From: Eledone cirrhosa
Lineage: Eukaryota
NCBI GenBank assembly: GCA_964016885.1
Contig: OZ024751.1
Location: 21,390,001 to 21,454,000, forward strand
Length of the DNA stretch: 64,000 nucleotides
Direction of reading: 5' to 3'
Shown here: positions 1 through 14,158 of the stretch, one piece after another
Numbering within the stretch: the stretch's first letter is position 1
Layout: every line of letters starts with the position of its first letter
The notes under the pieces: generated by a model
What the model saw: only the letters and a program-made list of their open reading frames with translations
Databases searched by the model: none
Told to the model about the DNA's origin: nothing
Translations under genes and position numbers: made by a program

Positions 1-365
1 ATACAGACACACAGACACACAGACACATAGAAATACACAGGCATATGCACACACACACACACAAAGGCACACGCACATGGATACACACATGCATACACTA
101 GCACACACAAATACAGACACATACACACACGCACACACACACACACGTGCACACATAAACACACATTCAAGCACAAACACACATAGACAAACACACAGAC
201 ACACATAGACACACACACATACACCTTAAATGACACGTGATGCGGGTGAAAGCGGTTCGGTGCTGTGGCAGGTGACAGGTGGCAGGAAGACTTCCCGGTT
301 CACTGAAGTGGTTTAAAATGTATCCGATGAATTAAGAGCAAGAATTGCTGGAGCTGGTGCAATAA

Positions 366-553
366 CTGTTTCTACTTTAGGCACAAGGCCAGCAACAACC
401 CCCAGTGCATTACTGGTACTTTATTTTATCGACCCTGAAAGGAAGAAAGGCAAAATTAACCTCGGCTGGATTTGAACTTAGACCGTAAAGGGCTGTAACT
501 CTATGCCGCAAAGCATGACGTCCGACCCTCTACCGATACTGCCAATCCACCGC
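366..553 (-). mobile_element. tRNA-derived SINE, family A, full length
   Basis: Minus strand starts GCGGTGGATTGGCAGTATCGGT (A-box-like), has GTTCAAATCC (B-box), a GCCTTTC.TCCTTTC.GGGTCGATAAAATAAAGTACCAG core and a GGCCTTGTGCCTAAAGTAGAAAC tail; many copies in the window. Confidence 0.9.
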
Positions 554-565
554 TTGTGCAATAAT

Positions 566-750
566 TGTTTCTACTTTAGGCACAAGGCCAGCAATTATCC
601 AGTACATTACTGGTACTTTATTTTATCGACTCCGTAAGGATGAAAGGCAAAGTTAACCTCGGCGGGATTTGAACTCAGAATGGCAAGGGCCGTAACTCTA
701 TGCGTCAAAGCATGGCGTCCGACCCTCTACCGATACTGCCAATCCACCGC
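566..750 (-). mobile_element. tRNA-derived SINE, family A, full length, tandem to previous copy
   Basis: Same head/core/tail; flanked by TTGTGCAATAAT at 554-565 and 751-762 (TSD). Confidence 0.9.
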
Positions 751-1156
751 TTGTGCAATAATACGTCATATTCAGGTGTTGGTCAGCAGATGTAGGGAGG
801 TAGATGTAGAAGCCAAACTCGCTAACTTCAATTTGATGTTCGTACCTACCCTTACCTATGATCATGAATCTTGAGTAATGACCGAAAGAATATGATCACG
901 AATACAATCGGCCGAAATGGGATTCCTCCGAGGAGTCTTTGGAGTAATGTTAATCAATAGGTTGCCTGTGGCAGTTACTCCAAGGAGAACCGCAACCTCT
1001 CTGAATCGAACGATCACAGCTCCGGTACTACAAACATGCGGTCAGAATATTTATGGAAAGAATCGGCTGTCAGAATTAACAGGCAAACCCAACCAGCAGG
1101 AGACCCAGAGGTAGACCTCGATACTGGCAATCCACTGCCATATACACCATAATAAT

Positions 1157-1310
1157 TGTTTCTACTTTAGGCACAAGGCCAGCAATTACCCAGTGCATTA
1201 CTGGTACTTTATTTTATCGACCCCGTAAGGATGAAAGGCAAAGTCAACCTCGGCGGGATTTGAACTCAGATCGTAAAGGAACGTAACTATGCCGATACTA
1301 CTGCCAATCC
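1157..1310 (-). mobile_element. SINE family A, internally deleted head
   Basis: Core and tail match family A; flanked by CCATAATAAT repeats (1147-1156, 1309-1318). A further fragment lies at about 1325-1415. Confidence 0.85.
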
Positions 1311-1527
1311 ATAATAATAACAGAAGACCAGCAATTTGGTGAATGGGGAAAATCGATTATATCAACTCCAGAAGAAAGAGGAAAGTTTTAATCCGGCGGA
1401 ATTTGAACTCAAAACACAGAAGGATAAAACAGATAGATAGATAGATAGATACATACATACATAGATAGATAGAGAAAACAAAAAGAAGAGAGATGTGATT
1501 TATACACATTCCCCCATATATATATAT

Positions 1528-1622
<95 letters not shown>

Positions 1623-1645
1623 TGTATGTATATATATATATATAT

Positions 1646-2245
1646 GTCAGGTTACCAGTTGGTGCTACTGGTAACATGTATCCCAGTACAACCTGTCTCG
1701 TGGTCGGGTCGTTGGCGACTAAACTGGCAACCCCACCAAGGTTTCTTGGTGAGGAGGGTGACTTTGGACATCCTGCAGGACTAAAAACAAAACCTGTCAA
1801 AGGGCAAAGGAGCTCTTAAGACTCAGTGGCCATCCAAAATCACCGGGAGAGATGACCCCTTAGCCTTTGTCAAGGCAGAATTCTAGGAGAAGGAAAACTC
1901 TGATATAACACCTGCAACCCTGATGGTATCCAATGATGTTGACTTGTTCTTCTTTTTGGTAAATATCATCTTGGTTAAGAGAGTGGGACTGGCTTTGTGC
2001 AGTGCCTTTGCTCACTACTTCACGGCACTGGCATTGCTTTATATCTGGAGATCTCTCTGCACTTGTCATCACATGGTACCATGGGCCCAGCGCTGTGTGT
2101 CAATAATTGTCACAAGTGTAGTGTTTGTACCAGAGTTTTCAAGTCGCTGGCTGGACTAAAAAGTCACACTCGTTCAGCGCATCGGTAGGAGTTCTCCTAC
2201 ATGGATATAAAGTAGTGACCATACTCGAAAACGAGTTGGCAGCCA

Positions 2246-2247
<2 letters not shown>
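1646..2247 (+). mobile_element. Non-autonomous, internally deleted RTE-derived element (copy 1 of 3)
   Basis: Homologous to 24050-24511 and 55244-55771. Contains the RTE-5'UTR-like CTAGGAGAAGGAAAACTCTGAT and, near the 3' end, a C2H2-like finger CSVCTRVFKSLAGLKSHTRSAHR* typical of RTE ORF ends. Flanked by (TA)n. Confidence 0.75.
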
Positions 2248-2316
<69 letters not shown>

Positions 2317-2364
2317 TGTGTTATGGAATACTGTTAGCTTCTCGCTACAACAATTTCTATACTT

Positions 2365-2401
<37 letters not shown>

Positions 2402-2403
<2 letters not shown>

Positions 2404-2792
2404 AGGAGGTTATAGTTCACTTGAAGCATTGTGTAATGAGGTATAAACGTTAGAATATGTGTAATAAGGCCAAGACAATGCAGATATGGACATAGAAAAA
2501 AGAATGCAATAGTGAAAGATATTGATGTGAATTCGTCTTTCACCTTGAATTTATTTAAATGTCCTTAATTTTCGAGATAATATCTCTTCTTCGGAGGGAA
2601 TCTCTTTAGAGATTTAAAGACGCTGGACTGAGACCTTTACTTCCCTCCGAAGAAGAGATATTATCTCGAAAATTAAGGACATTTAAATAAATTCAAGGTG
2701 AAAGACGAATTCACATCAATATCTTTCACTATTGCATTCTTTTTTCTATGTCCATATCTGCATTGTCTTGGCCTTATTACACATATTCTAAC

Positions 2793-2794
<2 letters not shown>
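2402..2794. mobile_element. (TA)n-embedded island with 154-bp inverted repeat and hammerhead-like motif (putative Penelope-like terminus)
   Basis: Arms 2447-2600 and 2641-2794 are reverse complements, spacer 40 nt. Plus-strand arm has CCGAAGA-A-GAGAT-ATT-ATCTC-GAAA. A diverged single copy is at 10447-10602. Confidence 0.7.
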
Positions 2795-2880
<86 letters not shown>

Positions 2881-3550
2881 GTGTGTGTGTTGGATAGCCA
2901 GTAGCTGTTTGGTATGATGGACTTGTGTTGTTGATGCTTATTTTGGTGTTGTTGTTATTGGTGGTGGAGGTGCTAGTGGTGTATGTTGTGTTGGTGGTTG
3001 TGCTGCATGTTGTGGTACTGGTGGCGGTGTGTTCTCCCATTGTTTTAGCCTTCTTTGTGTTATTCTGTGATTTCTACTAATTGACATAATTATAATAAGA
3101 AAGTCAGTCAGGCTTGAAAAACTGATAAAAATATTTTGCACTTCTTATATTGTTTGTGATCGTGTTTGTCATGTTATATATTATTGGTGGTGGTGATGGT
3201 GGTGGTGGTGGTGGTGGTAGTAGTAGTGGTGTTGGTGGTGATGTTGGTAGTGGTGTTGCTGGTGATGGTTGTGGTGGTGTTGAGGTTGTTGTTGTTGTTG
3301 GTGGTGGTGGTGGTGGTAGTGGTGTTGGTGGTAGTGGTGTTGGTGGTAGTGGTGTTGGTGGTGGTGGTGCTTGAGGTGGTTGTGATGGTGGTTGGGGTGG
3401 TCATTTTGATGGTCGTGGTAGTGGTAAGGATTGTGGTGGTTGGAGGAGTGGTTGTGGTTATGGTGGGTGTGTGGGGGGGGGGGGGGGTGCCATGGGGGTG
3501 ATTGTGCTGGAGCTGGTGTTTGCAGCGGGGTTTATGTTTGTGCTGGTGAC

Positions 3551-3790
3551 TTTGGTGGTGTCGACAATGGTGGTGTCGGCAGTGGTGGTGTTTATGGGGG
3601 TGTTGGCAGTGGCGGTGTTTATGGTGGTGTCGGCAGTGGTGGTGTTCATGGTGGTGCCGGCAGTGGTGGTGTTTATGGTAGTGTTAGTAGTGGTAATATT
3701 GTGTTTGTGTTTATGGGGGCGTTGGCAGTGGCGGTGTTTGTGGAGGTATTGGTAGTGGTGATGTTTATGGTGGTGTTTGTGTTAGTGGTG
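3551..3790. repeat. 27-bp GGT-derived minisatellite
   Basis: Repeating GGTGGTGTCGGCAGTGGTGGTGTTTAT-like unit. Confidence 0.8.
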
Positions 3791-4203
3791 TTAGCTATGG
3801 TTGTGTTTATGTTGCCCCAGATCAGCCATGATCTAAAAGTCCTATATACCGCAGGTTGTCACTGTAGCATAGCTAGAATGTGTGCTGCCTGGAGCAACCC
3901 AGAAGTTTCCATCACCCCTCACTCCCGGCTTTGCCCATACTCAAAAATATATACCCAACAGATCCAGAGGTGCTACCCATATAAAAGTGTCACCGAGAGT
4001 AAACCAACCCTTCCTACCCCCTAGTTGCGCTACTGAGAAGTCAGCTGACAATGGTGAGGCCTGACCCACAGATAATTCTTCCTAGTAACACTAACAGTCA
4101 CACTAAACACTCCGGCATGTATTGTTCAATCACATAGGGTACATTATGATAGTCTAGACACACTACACTTTCTCAGTTTATTGTTTTGTTGTAGAGGTTT
4201 AAG

Positions 4204-4470
4204 GAGCCCAGACAGGGTTCGTATAATCTATAATAGATCTAATGTATTCTGCTTTGTTTTGGGTTATTGCTTTTTTTACTGTTGACTGAAAGTTGTACCT
4301 GCAATTGCTCCAAGTATGTTTATTATGCATCGATTTGCTTTCTTTTGATATCTATGAATGTTGTGATTCCTTTAGAGTCGATATGCCTTAGGTGTATGTT
4401 TGTGATTTTGTATGGCCCTGAGGCATTTCTGTGTTTATATTTCCCTATTGCCTTAGAGCTGTTTGATAGC
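4204..4470 (-). mobile_element. Degenerate, internally deleted LINE fragment (Jockey/I-like)
   Basis: Minus strand reads AIGKYKHRNASGPYKITNIHLRHID (like the pre-RT K..KAPGPDGI.N..LKH motif) and later YIRSIIDYTNPVWA (RT C-terminal motif). Confidence 0.6.
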
Positions 4471-4682
4471 AGGATGGGCCCAAGGCAGTGATCTAGGTAG
4501 AAGGTACTTAGTTTTCTGTTTTGTATTCTTGTGGTGTTGTTATTATGGTGGAAGGTTTTTATGTGGAAACCAAGATGGTTATGTCCAGGGCTGCTTGACT
4601 ATGGATGACAATAACAGTAACATCTAGTAGGTACCATCATCATCATCATAATCATCATAATCATGAACATCACCATGGTAGC

Positions 4683-4718
<36 letters not shown>

Positions 4719-5260
4719 AAGAAATAAAATGAAAGCGGGGGAGTAAGAAAAGTAAAGTAAGTTTGAAAAAGAGAAGAGAAAGAATTTAAAGAGAGATTGA
4801 GAAGAGAGATGGGAGAGAGAGAGATTGGGAGAGGAAGCAAGAGGAAGAGTGTAAGGATAAAAGGAAGTGGGGAGAGGAAAAGAGTGAGGATAAAAAAGGG
4901 AGAAGGTAAGAGGAAGAATTTCAAAATAAGAAGTGGATGGAGCGAGAGAGCAAGAAGGTGAGAGGAAAGTGTAAGAATAAGAAGAAGCGGGGGAGAGGGA
5001 GAGGAGAAGTGTAAGGATAAGAGGTAGAGGGTGAGAGGAGGAGTGTTATGAAAGTATCGACTGGGTGAGGGGCTAAGAAGAATAGTGGGAGGAGAGAGGA
5101 AGAGGAAGAGAGAAAGAGAGAAGCAAAGACAGGCAGAGTGAGGGAGGAATAGAGAGAGGGAAAGATGATAATAAAGATAGAGTAGAAACATGAAATAGAT
5201 ATATTGATAGATAGAGAGAGAGGGGGGGGGAGAGAGAGACAGAGGAGAGAGAGGGAGAGA
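4683..5260. repeat. Purine-rich (GA/GGA) low-complexity tract
   Basis: Nearly all A/G on the plus strand, beginning with (GA)n. Confidence 0.9.
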
Positions 5261-5429
5261 ACATAGTTATATTTAGTTGAGAGATAGTTATAAAATGTAA
5301 GAAAGTGAGGGGTGGGGGACAAAACATAATTATCTTTTTGACTTTCACACACCCCTCGCCATTACCACCAACACTACCACCATCAACATTCCCACCACAG
5401 CCTCTACCATCACAGCCACAACCACCACC

Positions 5430-5912
5430 AAAAACACCCCCACTGCCAACACCACCATAAACACAAACACTGCCGACACCACCATAAACACAAACACTGC
5501 CGACACCACCATAAACACAAACACTGCCAACACCACCATAAACACCACCACCAAAAACACCACCATAACCACAAACACTGCCAACACCACCATAAACACC
5601 ACCACCAAAAACACCACCATAACCACAAACACTGCCAACACCACCATAAACACCACCACCATAAACACCACCATAACCACAAACACTGCCAACACCACCA
5701 TAAACACCACCACCAAAAACACCACCATAACCACAAACACTGCCAACACCACCATAAACACCACCATAACCACAAACACTGCCAACACCACCATAAACAC
5801 CACCACCAAAAACACCACCATAACCACAAACACTGCCAATACCACCATAAACACCACCACCAAAAACACCACCATAACCACAAACACTGCCAACACCACC
5901 ATAAACACACAC
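5430..5912. repeat. 27/39/54-bp compound minisatellite
   Basis: Units built from AACACTGCCAACACCACCATAAACACC...; reverse complement of the motif at 3551-3790. Confidence 0.85.
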
Positions 5913-6169
5913 ACCGCCAACAATAATACAACTAATAAAATCACCTCAAACCATACCATCACTACAACCACTACTACCACCAGCAAAATCTCCACTATAC
6001 ACCAAATAACACCACTATTACTACCACCACAACTACAAACACTGCCACAAGCATTAACAACAACAACAATAACACCAGCATCAATATCACCTCAATCCAG
6101 ACCATCACCACAAGCACATTGTGTTATAGCACCATCGCCACCATAATCTCCTTAAACAAAAACACTGCC

Positions 6170-6790
6170 GCCATCACCACCACCACCACCACCACCACCA
6201 CCACAATAACAGCCACCAACACGACTACCACCTTCACTACTACCACCACCACCACCACTACTACTACCATCACCACAACCACCACCACCATCACGGGCAA
6301 CACCACAACCACCACCGCCTTCACCACTACCACCACCACCACCACCACCACCACCACCACCACCACCACCACCACCACCACCACCACCACCACCACAATA
6401 ACAGCCACCAACACGACTACCGCCTTCATTACCACACCACCACCACCACCACCACCACCACCACCACCACCACCACCACCATCACGGGCAACACCAAAAC
6501 CACCACCGCTTTCACCACTACCCCCACCACCACCACCGCCTTCACCACCACTACCACCGCCGCCAACACCTCTAACGTGACGGCGATTACAGCCACCTTC
6601 CACCACACCACCACCACCACCACCACCACCACACCACCACCACCACCACACTACCACCACCACCACCACCACCACCACCACCACCACCTTCACCATCACC
6701 ACCACCTTCCACCACACCACCACCACACTACCACCACCACCACCACCACCACCACCACCACCACCACCACCACCACCACCATCACTGCCA
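6170..6790. repeat. (CCA)n-rich tract with internal duplications
   Basis: (CCA)n runs; ACAATAACAGCCACCAACACGACTAC and CATCACGGGCAACACCA each occur twice. Confidence 0.9.
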
Positions 6791-6949
6791 CTTACATCCC
6801 CGCTGTCACTATCATATCTAAAAGTATTGAACTGTTTGAATACCAAATCAGCTAGGAAACTGATGCTCGGTCCAGAGGGGTGGAAGTCGTTCCCAGGTTC
6901 ACCTGTACTCTTAAATTTTAGTGGCCATAGAATTAGATTCACGTGAATA

Positions 6950-9745
<2,796 letters not shown>

Positions 9746-10237
9746 ATGGTAAATCTTTAAAAAAAAGTATTAAACTCGAAACGAGTCGTGTCTTGAACAT
9801 TACAAGTTGGAAAGAAAAGTTGTTTGCATACATGAATATATATATATATGTGTATGTGTGTGTGTGTGCGCGCATCTGTTTGTGTATATGTTTGTGTATA
9901 CATAGTGTATGTGTGTGCGTGTAAATGAGGACCAGTTTTTTCTATTAAACATGTTATATTTATACACAACTCTGTTCACATACGATCTTTATTTTTTATA
10001 TATATATATATATACTAAGCATTCTCCATCTTACTTTATTCGTTCTTCATGTTTGTTTTGGAACAATAGCGTTCCTACATCCATAAGTCTATTAACGTTT
10101 CGAGTTTTTCACAGCTTCATCCTCGGGGGTTATGTACCTTTTTTTATTAGCCTGAACTGGTGCAGCACAGCTACGAATGAACAACTGGGGTGACATAAGA
10201 TGTTGAGTTTTGCGGAGTAATATACCTAAGGATATAC

Positions 10238-10301
<64 letters not shown>

Positions 10302-10401
10302 TTATTACTACATATATTATATTATTGTTATAATGCTCAGTATTTATACTTTGAGCTTGTTAATTACAGAGTTTCAGTATGAGTTATTAACTCTACCTTT
10401 C

Positions 10402-10446
<45 letters not shown>

Positions 10447-10449
<3 letters not shown>

Positions 10450-10602
10450 AGGAAGTTATAGTTCACTTGAAGCATTGTGTAATGAGGTATAAACGTTTGT
10501 AGTTGTAAGGCCAAAACAATGCAGGTATGGATATAGAATATAAATTTATTTAAATATCCTTAATTTTCGAGATAATATCTCTTCTTCGGAGGGAAGTAAA
10601 GT
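10447..10602 (-). mobile_element. Second copy of the 2402-2600 (TA)n-anchored element
   Basis: Shares GGAGGA.GTTATAGTTCACTTGAAGCATTGTGTAATGAGGTATAAACGTT...CCTTAATTTTCGAGATAATATCTCTTCTTCGGAGGGAA with an internal deletion; abuts (TA)n at the same position. Confidence 0.85.
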
Positions 10603-10677
10603 GGTTAATCCAGCGTTCTAAATAGCTCGCCAAGTCATGCTGACAGGAAATGGTATAGAGATTCCATTCTATCTCTA

Positions 10678-10711
<34 letters not shown>

Positions 10712-10768
10712 GAAAAAAATGAAAACGAAATTTCATTTCTCACTCTTAGTACGGCACTTACTTAAATG

Positions 10769-10820
10769 TAAGTATGTGTGTATACGTACATACATATATG
10801 TATACAGACGTACAGTAGCA

Positions 10821-10906
<86 letters not shown>

Positions 10907-11071
10907 CAGGTACACATACATATATGCACGTATCAGTTTAGCAGACGCTTATTATAACGCCACTTTGTTCGTTTGTAAACAAACTGAACAGCCTGAATTT
11001 TTATGCCGAACAAAGCGGCGTTATAATAAGCGTCTGCTAAACTGATACGTGCATATATGTATGTGTACCTG

Positions 11072-11121
<50 letters not shown>

Positions 11122-11169
11122 TGCTACTGTACGTCTGTATACATATATGTATGTACGTATACACACATA

Positions 11170-11173
<4 letters not shown>
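10769..11173. repeat. Long inverted repeat (foldback) containing (TA)n in each arm
   Basis: Arms 10769-10971 and 11007-11173 are reverse complements apart from TA tract length and a substitution. Confidence 0.9.
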
Positions 11174-11246
<73 letters not shown>

Positions 11247-11598
11247 TCAGTTAAACTGGACTGTGTATGCCTAACCCCTGATATTCCAATGCAGCAGCGT
11301 CATATGCCCTTGTATATCGCACTGCTCTTGAACACTCCCCCACCATAACCAGTTGTTCTCTTGATCAAAAAGTGTCTTCACCAGCTTTACAGAAACATCT
11401 CTTCTTCCACTACACAGCTTAGGTGTTCTATGAGCTGTAGTTTCTCAAATAAAACCTCCATCTTCGATGTCAGCATTGCGTCTTACTCTACACTTCACAC
11501 ACTTAGTAAAATCTCCTCGAAATCTATCACCCTCTTCTCCATTACATTCCTTCTCATTCTTACATAGGCACTAAACACAAAATTACCCCTGCTCGCAT

Positions 11599-11835
11599 CA
11601 AACTAACTAGATCGCCAGCGCTGAAAATGCTCCCTTTCTATTACTCCCAAACCAACTAGGCCCGCGGCACTGAAAATACCCCCCACATCTATTATTCCCA
11701 AACTAACTAGGCCACCAGCACTGAAAATGCCTCTCTCCATCCACCCCCACCCCCACCCCCACCCACCCCACACACACATACAGATACACACACTTCTATT
11801 ACTCTCAAACTAACTAGGCCTCCAGCGCTCGAAAT
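11599..11835. repeat. Degenerate ~50-bp tandem monomers (4 copies)
   Basis: AAACYAACTAG..C.CCAGCRCTGAAAAT recurs near 11600, 11648, 11700 and 11807. Confidence 0.75.
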
Positions 11836-11878
11836 TATACTCCCCCTCCTCCTATTTCGCTCAGACAATGTGCCTCTC

Positions 11879-11938
<60 letters not shown>

Positions 11939-11950
11939 TCTCTCTCTCTA

Positions 11951-11990
<40 letters not shown>

Positions 11991-12085
11991 CCTCTCACAT
12001 CTCTCTCTTCTGAATGACCACCAATATGGTTTCTGTAAAACCAGAATACGTCATAGTATTGCTTGCTACATCGCTGAAACCGTTG

Positions 12086-12087
<2 letters not shown>

Positions 12088-12174
<87 letters not shown>
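12088..12174. repeat. (TTA)n microsatellite
   Basis: Pure trinucleotide run. Confidence 0.95.
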
Positions 12175-12175
<1 letters not shown>

Positions 12176-12877
12176 AACGAGCTAAATATCCACCCACCTG
12201 GTACCCACAACATAGCCTAGTTTGTAAAATTTGTTGTTCTAGTTGAGAAGAGTATTTAGAGGCAAATCAACCGTAAACAGTACAGTTTTATCTATAAATA
12301 ATTCTACATGATTAGTTCCAGGAACTTCCTTCTCACCGAATCACCAGCTGCAATTTCTACTCTATAGCTAAGACAGAGCCAAATTATCACGTCAGTGTAA
12401 TGTTCCTTGAGAAATGTAGCAACACCAGATTTGACAGCAAGCGTTGCGCTTAACACCATAACTAGAAAACGCTACAATTTTCTATTTCAAATGTGCGCCA
12501 TGGTTGACGAGACAGTTCAATAGGTGCGTAGCAATAGTTACAATTTTCTGATCAAGCAGTTCAATTAGGTCTAAAAACATAAAATAAGAATCATCTTCCT
12601 TATCGCTTTCATTTTCCACATAAACTATTAAGGCAATTTTAATGCTCAAGCCTGTTCATTCGTTCGCTGAAAAGAGAGAAATAATCTGGCCATTTATCTG
12701 CTTTATACGCTGGCACATTTTCATTTTCATATTAATGGTTGTGTGGTTAATTATCTGTATAGTACTAGTACGGAAATATTGTCTAAATCTAATGTTAATA
12801 CGATTTTACTTTCCAAGTTCCACTATAGCAAAGTGATTAGAATACGGCATCTCAATGTGTCTGTCTGTTTATATACG

Positions 12878-12990
<113 letters not shown>

Positions 12991-13579
12991 ATATATATAT
13001 ATATAAAATACATACAAAAGAATATGAAGCACGCCTCGGGTTATTCTCGTTCATAGTGTATCATTACAATAATTAGATACTTGCGCATATGTGGGCAAGA
13101 AGATAGGAATTTTAAATGCCTATTTCAAAATTTGAGTTATATGATACGAACAGAATAAGTTTTCTTTAGTGCAAAGATTACAACAGACATGAGAGCGTAT
13201 AAGCAGACATTTTTCATTTTATGACATGGGATATATTAATATTTTTCAAGAACCCTATTTATGATGTTAACGTGTTTGATCACAATTTTGTGTCCGCTCT
13301 TCTTTGTAATATACAAAATATATAGTTATGCTGCTGTACTAGGCCGTTAAATTGGTCCGCTATTAAATATATATATAATCAATATAATTTGGGTTAATAC
13401 TGGATGTTGTAGTATCTACACATATCACGAATTCCTCGAATAAATTCCCATTAACGTATACGTTTGTAAAAAAACAATTATTGCATTTTCTTGCATCGTT
13501 TTTTTTCAATATTCCAATTTTTATTTTTAACTATCTGACCTAATGGAAATCTTATGGTGTAATTTGATCGATCGAACAA

Positions 13580-13766
13580 CAAGATCCAAGACCTCAATCA
13601 CTTACTGAATAGGGTGGAACCGGTCGCAACTCCTGGCTGAAAAAGCAACGTTAAATAAAGAGTTTTGCTTTAGCAAGACACATTGAAGAACTTAACGTCA
13701 CCCGATCCGGGAATCGAACTCGCAACCTCACGATTGGGAATCCAATTCTCTAACCACCTAGCCACC
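13580..13766 (-). mobile_element. tRNA-derived SINE, family B
   Basis: Minus strand begins GGTGGCTAGGTGGTTAGAGAATTGGATTCCCAATCGTGAGGTTGCGAGTTCGATTCCCGG (A and B boxes); related head at 57094-57200 on the plus strand. Confidence 0.8.
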
Positions 13767-13906
13767 AAGTATTAATGATTATGGCGTTTCGAATGTTTTA
13801 TTTATTTATAAGATATAATATATATATATTTCTCTCTCGCACACAAAACACGCACACGTACACCCACGCACACACACATTCACACACATACACACGAACA
13901 TACACA

Positions 13907-13941
<35 letters not shown>

Positions 13942-14063
13942 CATCATCATCATATGTAAGGAATAAAGATTTGTTACAGCGTAGGTTAAAAATAAATTCA
14001 GTACCTACCATCACCGCCACCATTCTCTATCTAATTCTCACTATTTTCTTTCTCATTCTCACT

Positions 14064-14158
<95 letters not shown>

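Larger units (their letters stand above)
324..1125 (+). mobile_element. Degenerate RTE-clade LINE fragment (RT C-terminal region, Expander/Rex3-like), interrupted by two SINEs
   Basis: Joining 324-365 to 763 onward reads DELRARIAGAGAIIRHIQVLVSRCREVDVEAKLANFNLMFVPTLTYDHES*VMTERI*SRIQSAEMGFLRG, then IERSQLRYYKH...RRPRGRPR. This matches RTE-type motifs (PTLTYGHE.W, IQAAEM.FLR, RRPRGRPR); stops show decay. Confidence 0.85.

Noticed and set aside
1646-1727. Assignment of the RTE 5' structure as a standard HDV-like or twister ribozyme
   Set aside because: No P1 partner for the HDV fold; no UAA cleavage motif or T1 partner for twister. Kept only as an unclassified candidate.
9762-9795. AGTATTAAACTC-GAAA-CG motif
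   Set aside because: No CUGANGA box upstream.
12011-12080. Minus-strand TGTA...TACA-GAAA-CCA...TGG-TC hammerhead-like 3' part
   Set aside because: The CUGANGA box is not recognisable (TTCAGCGA) and stem I does not pair; at most a decayed relic.
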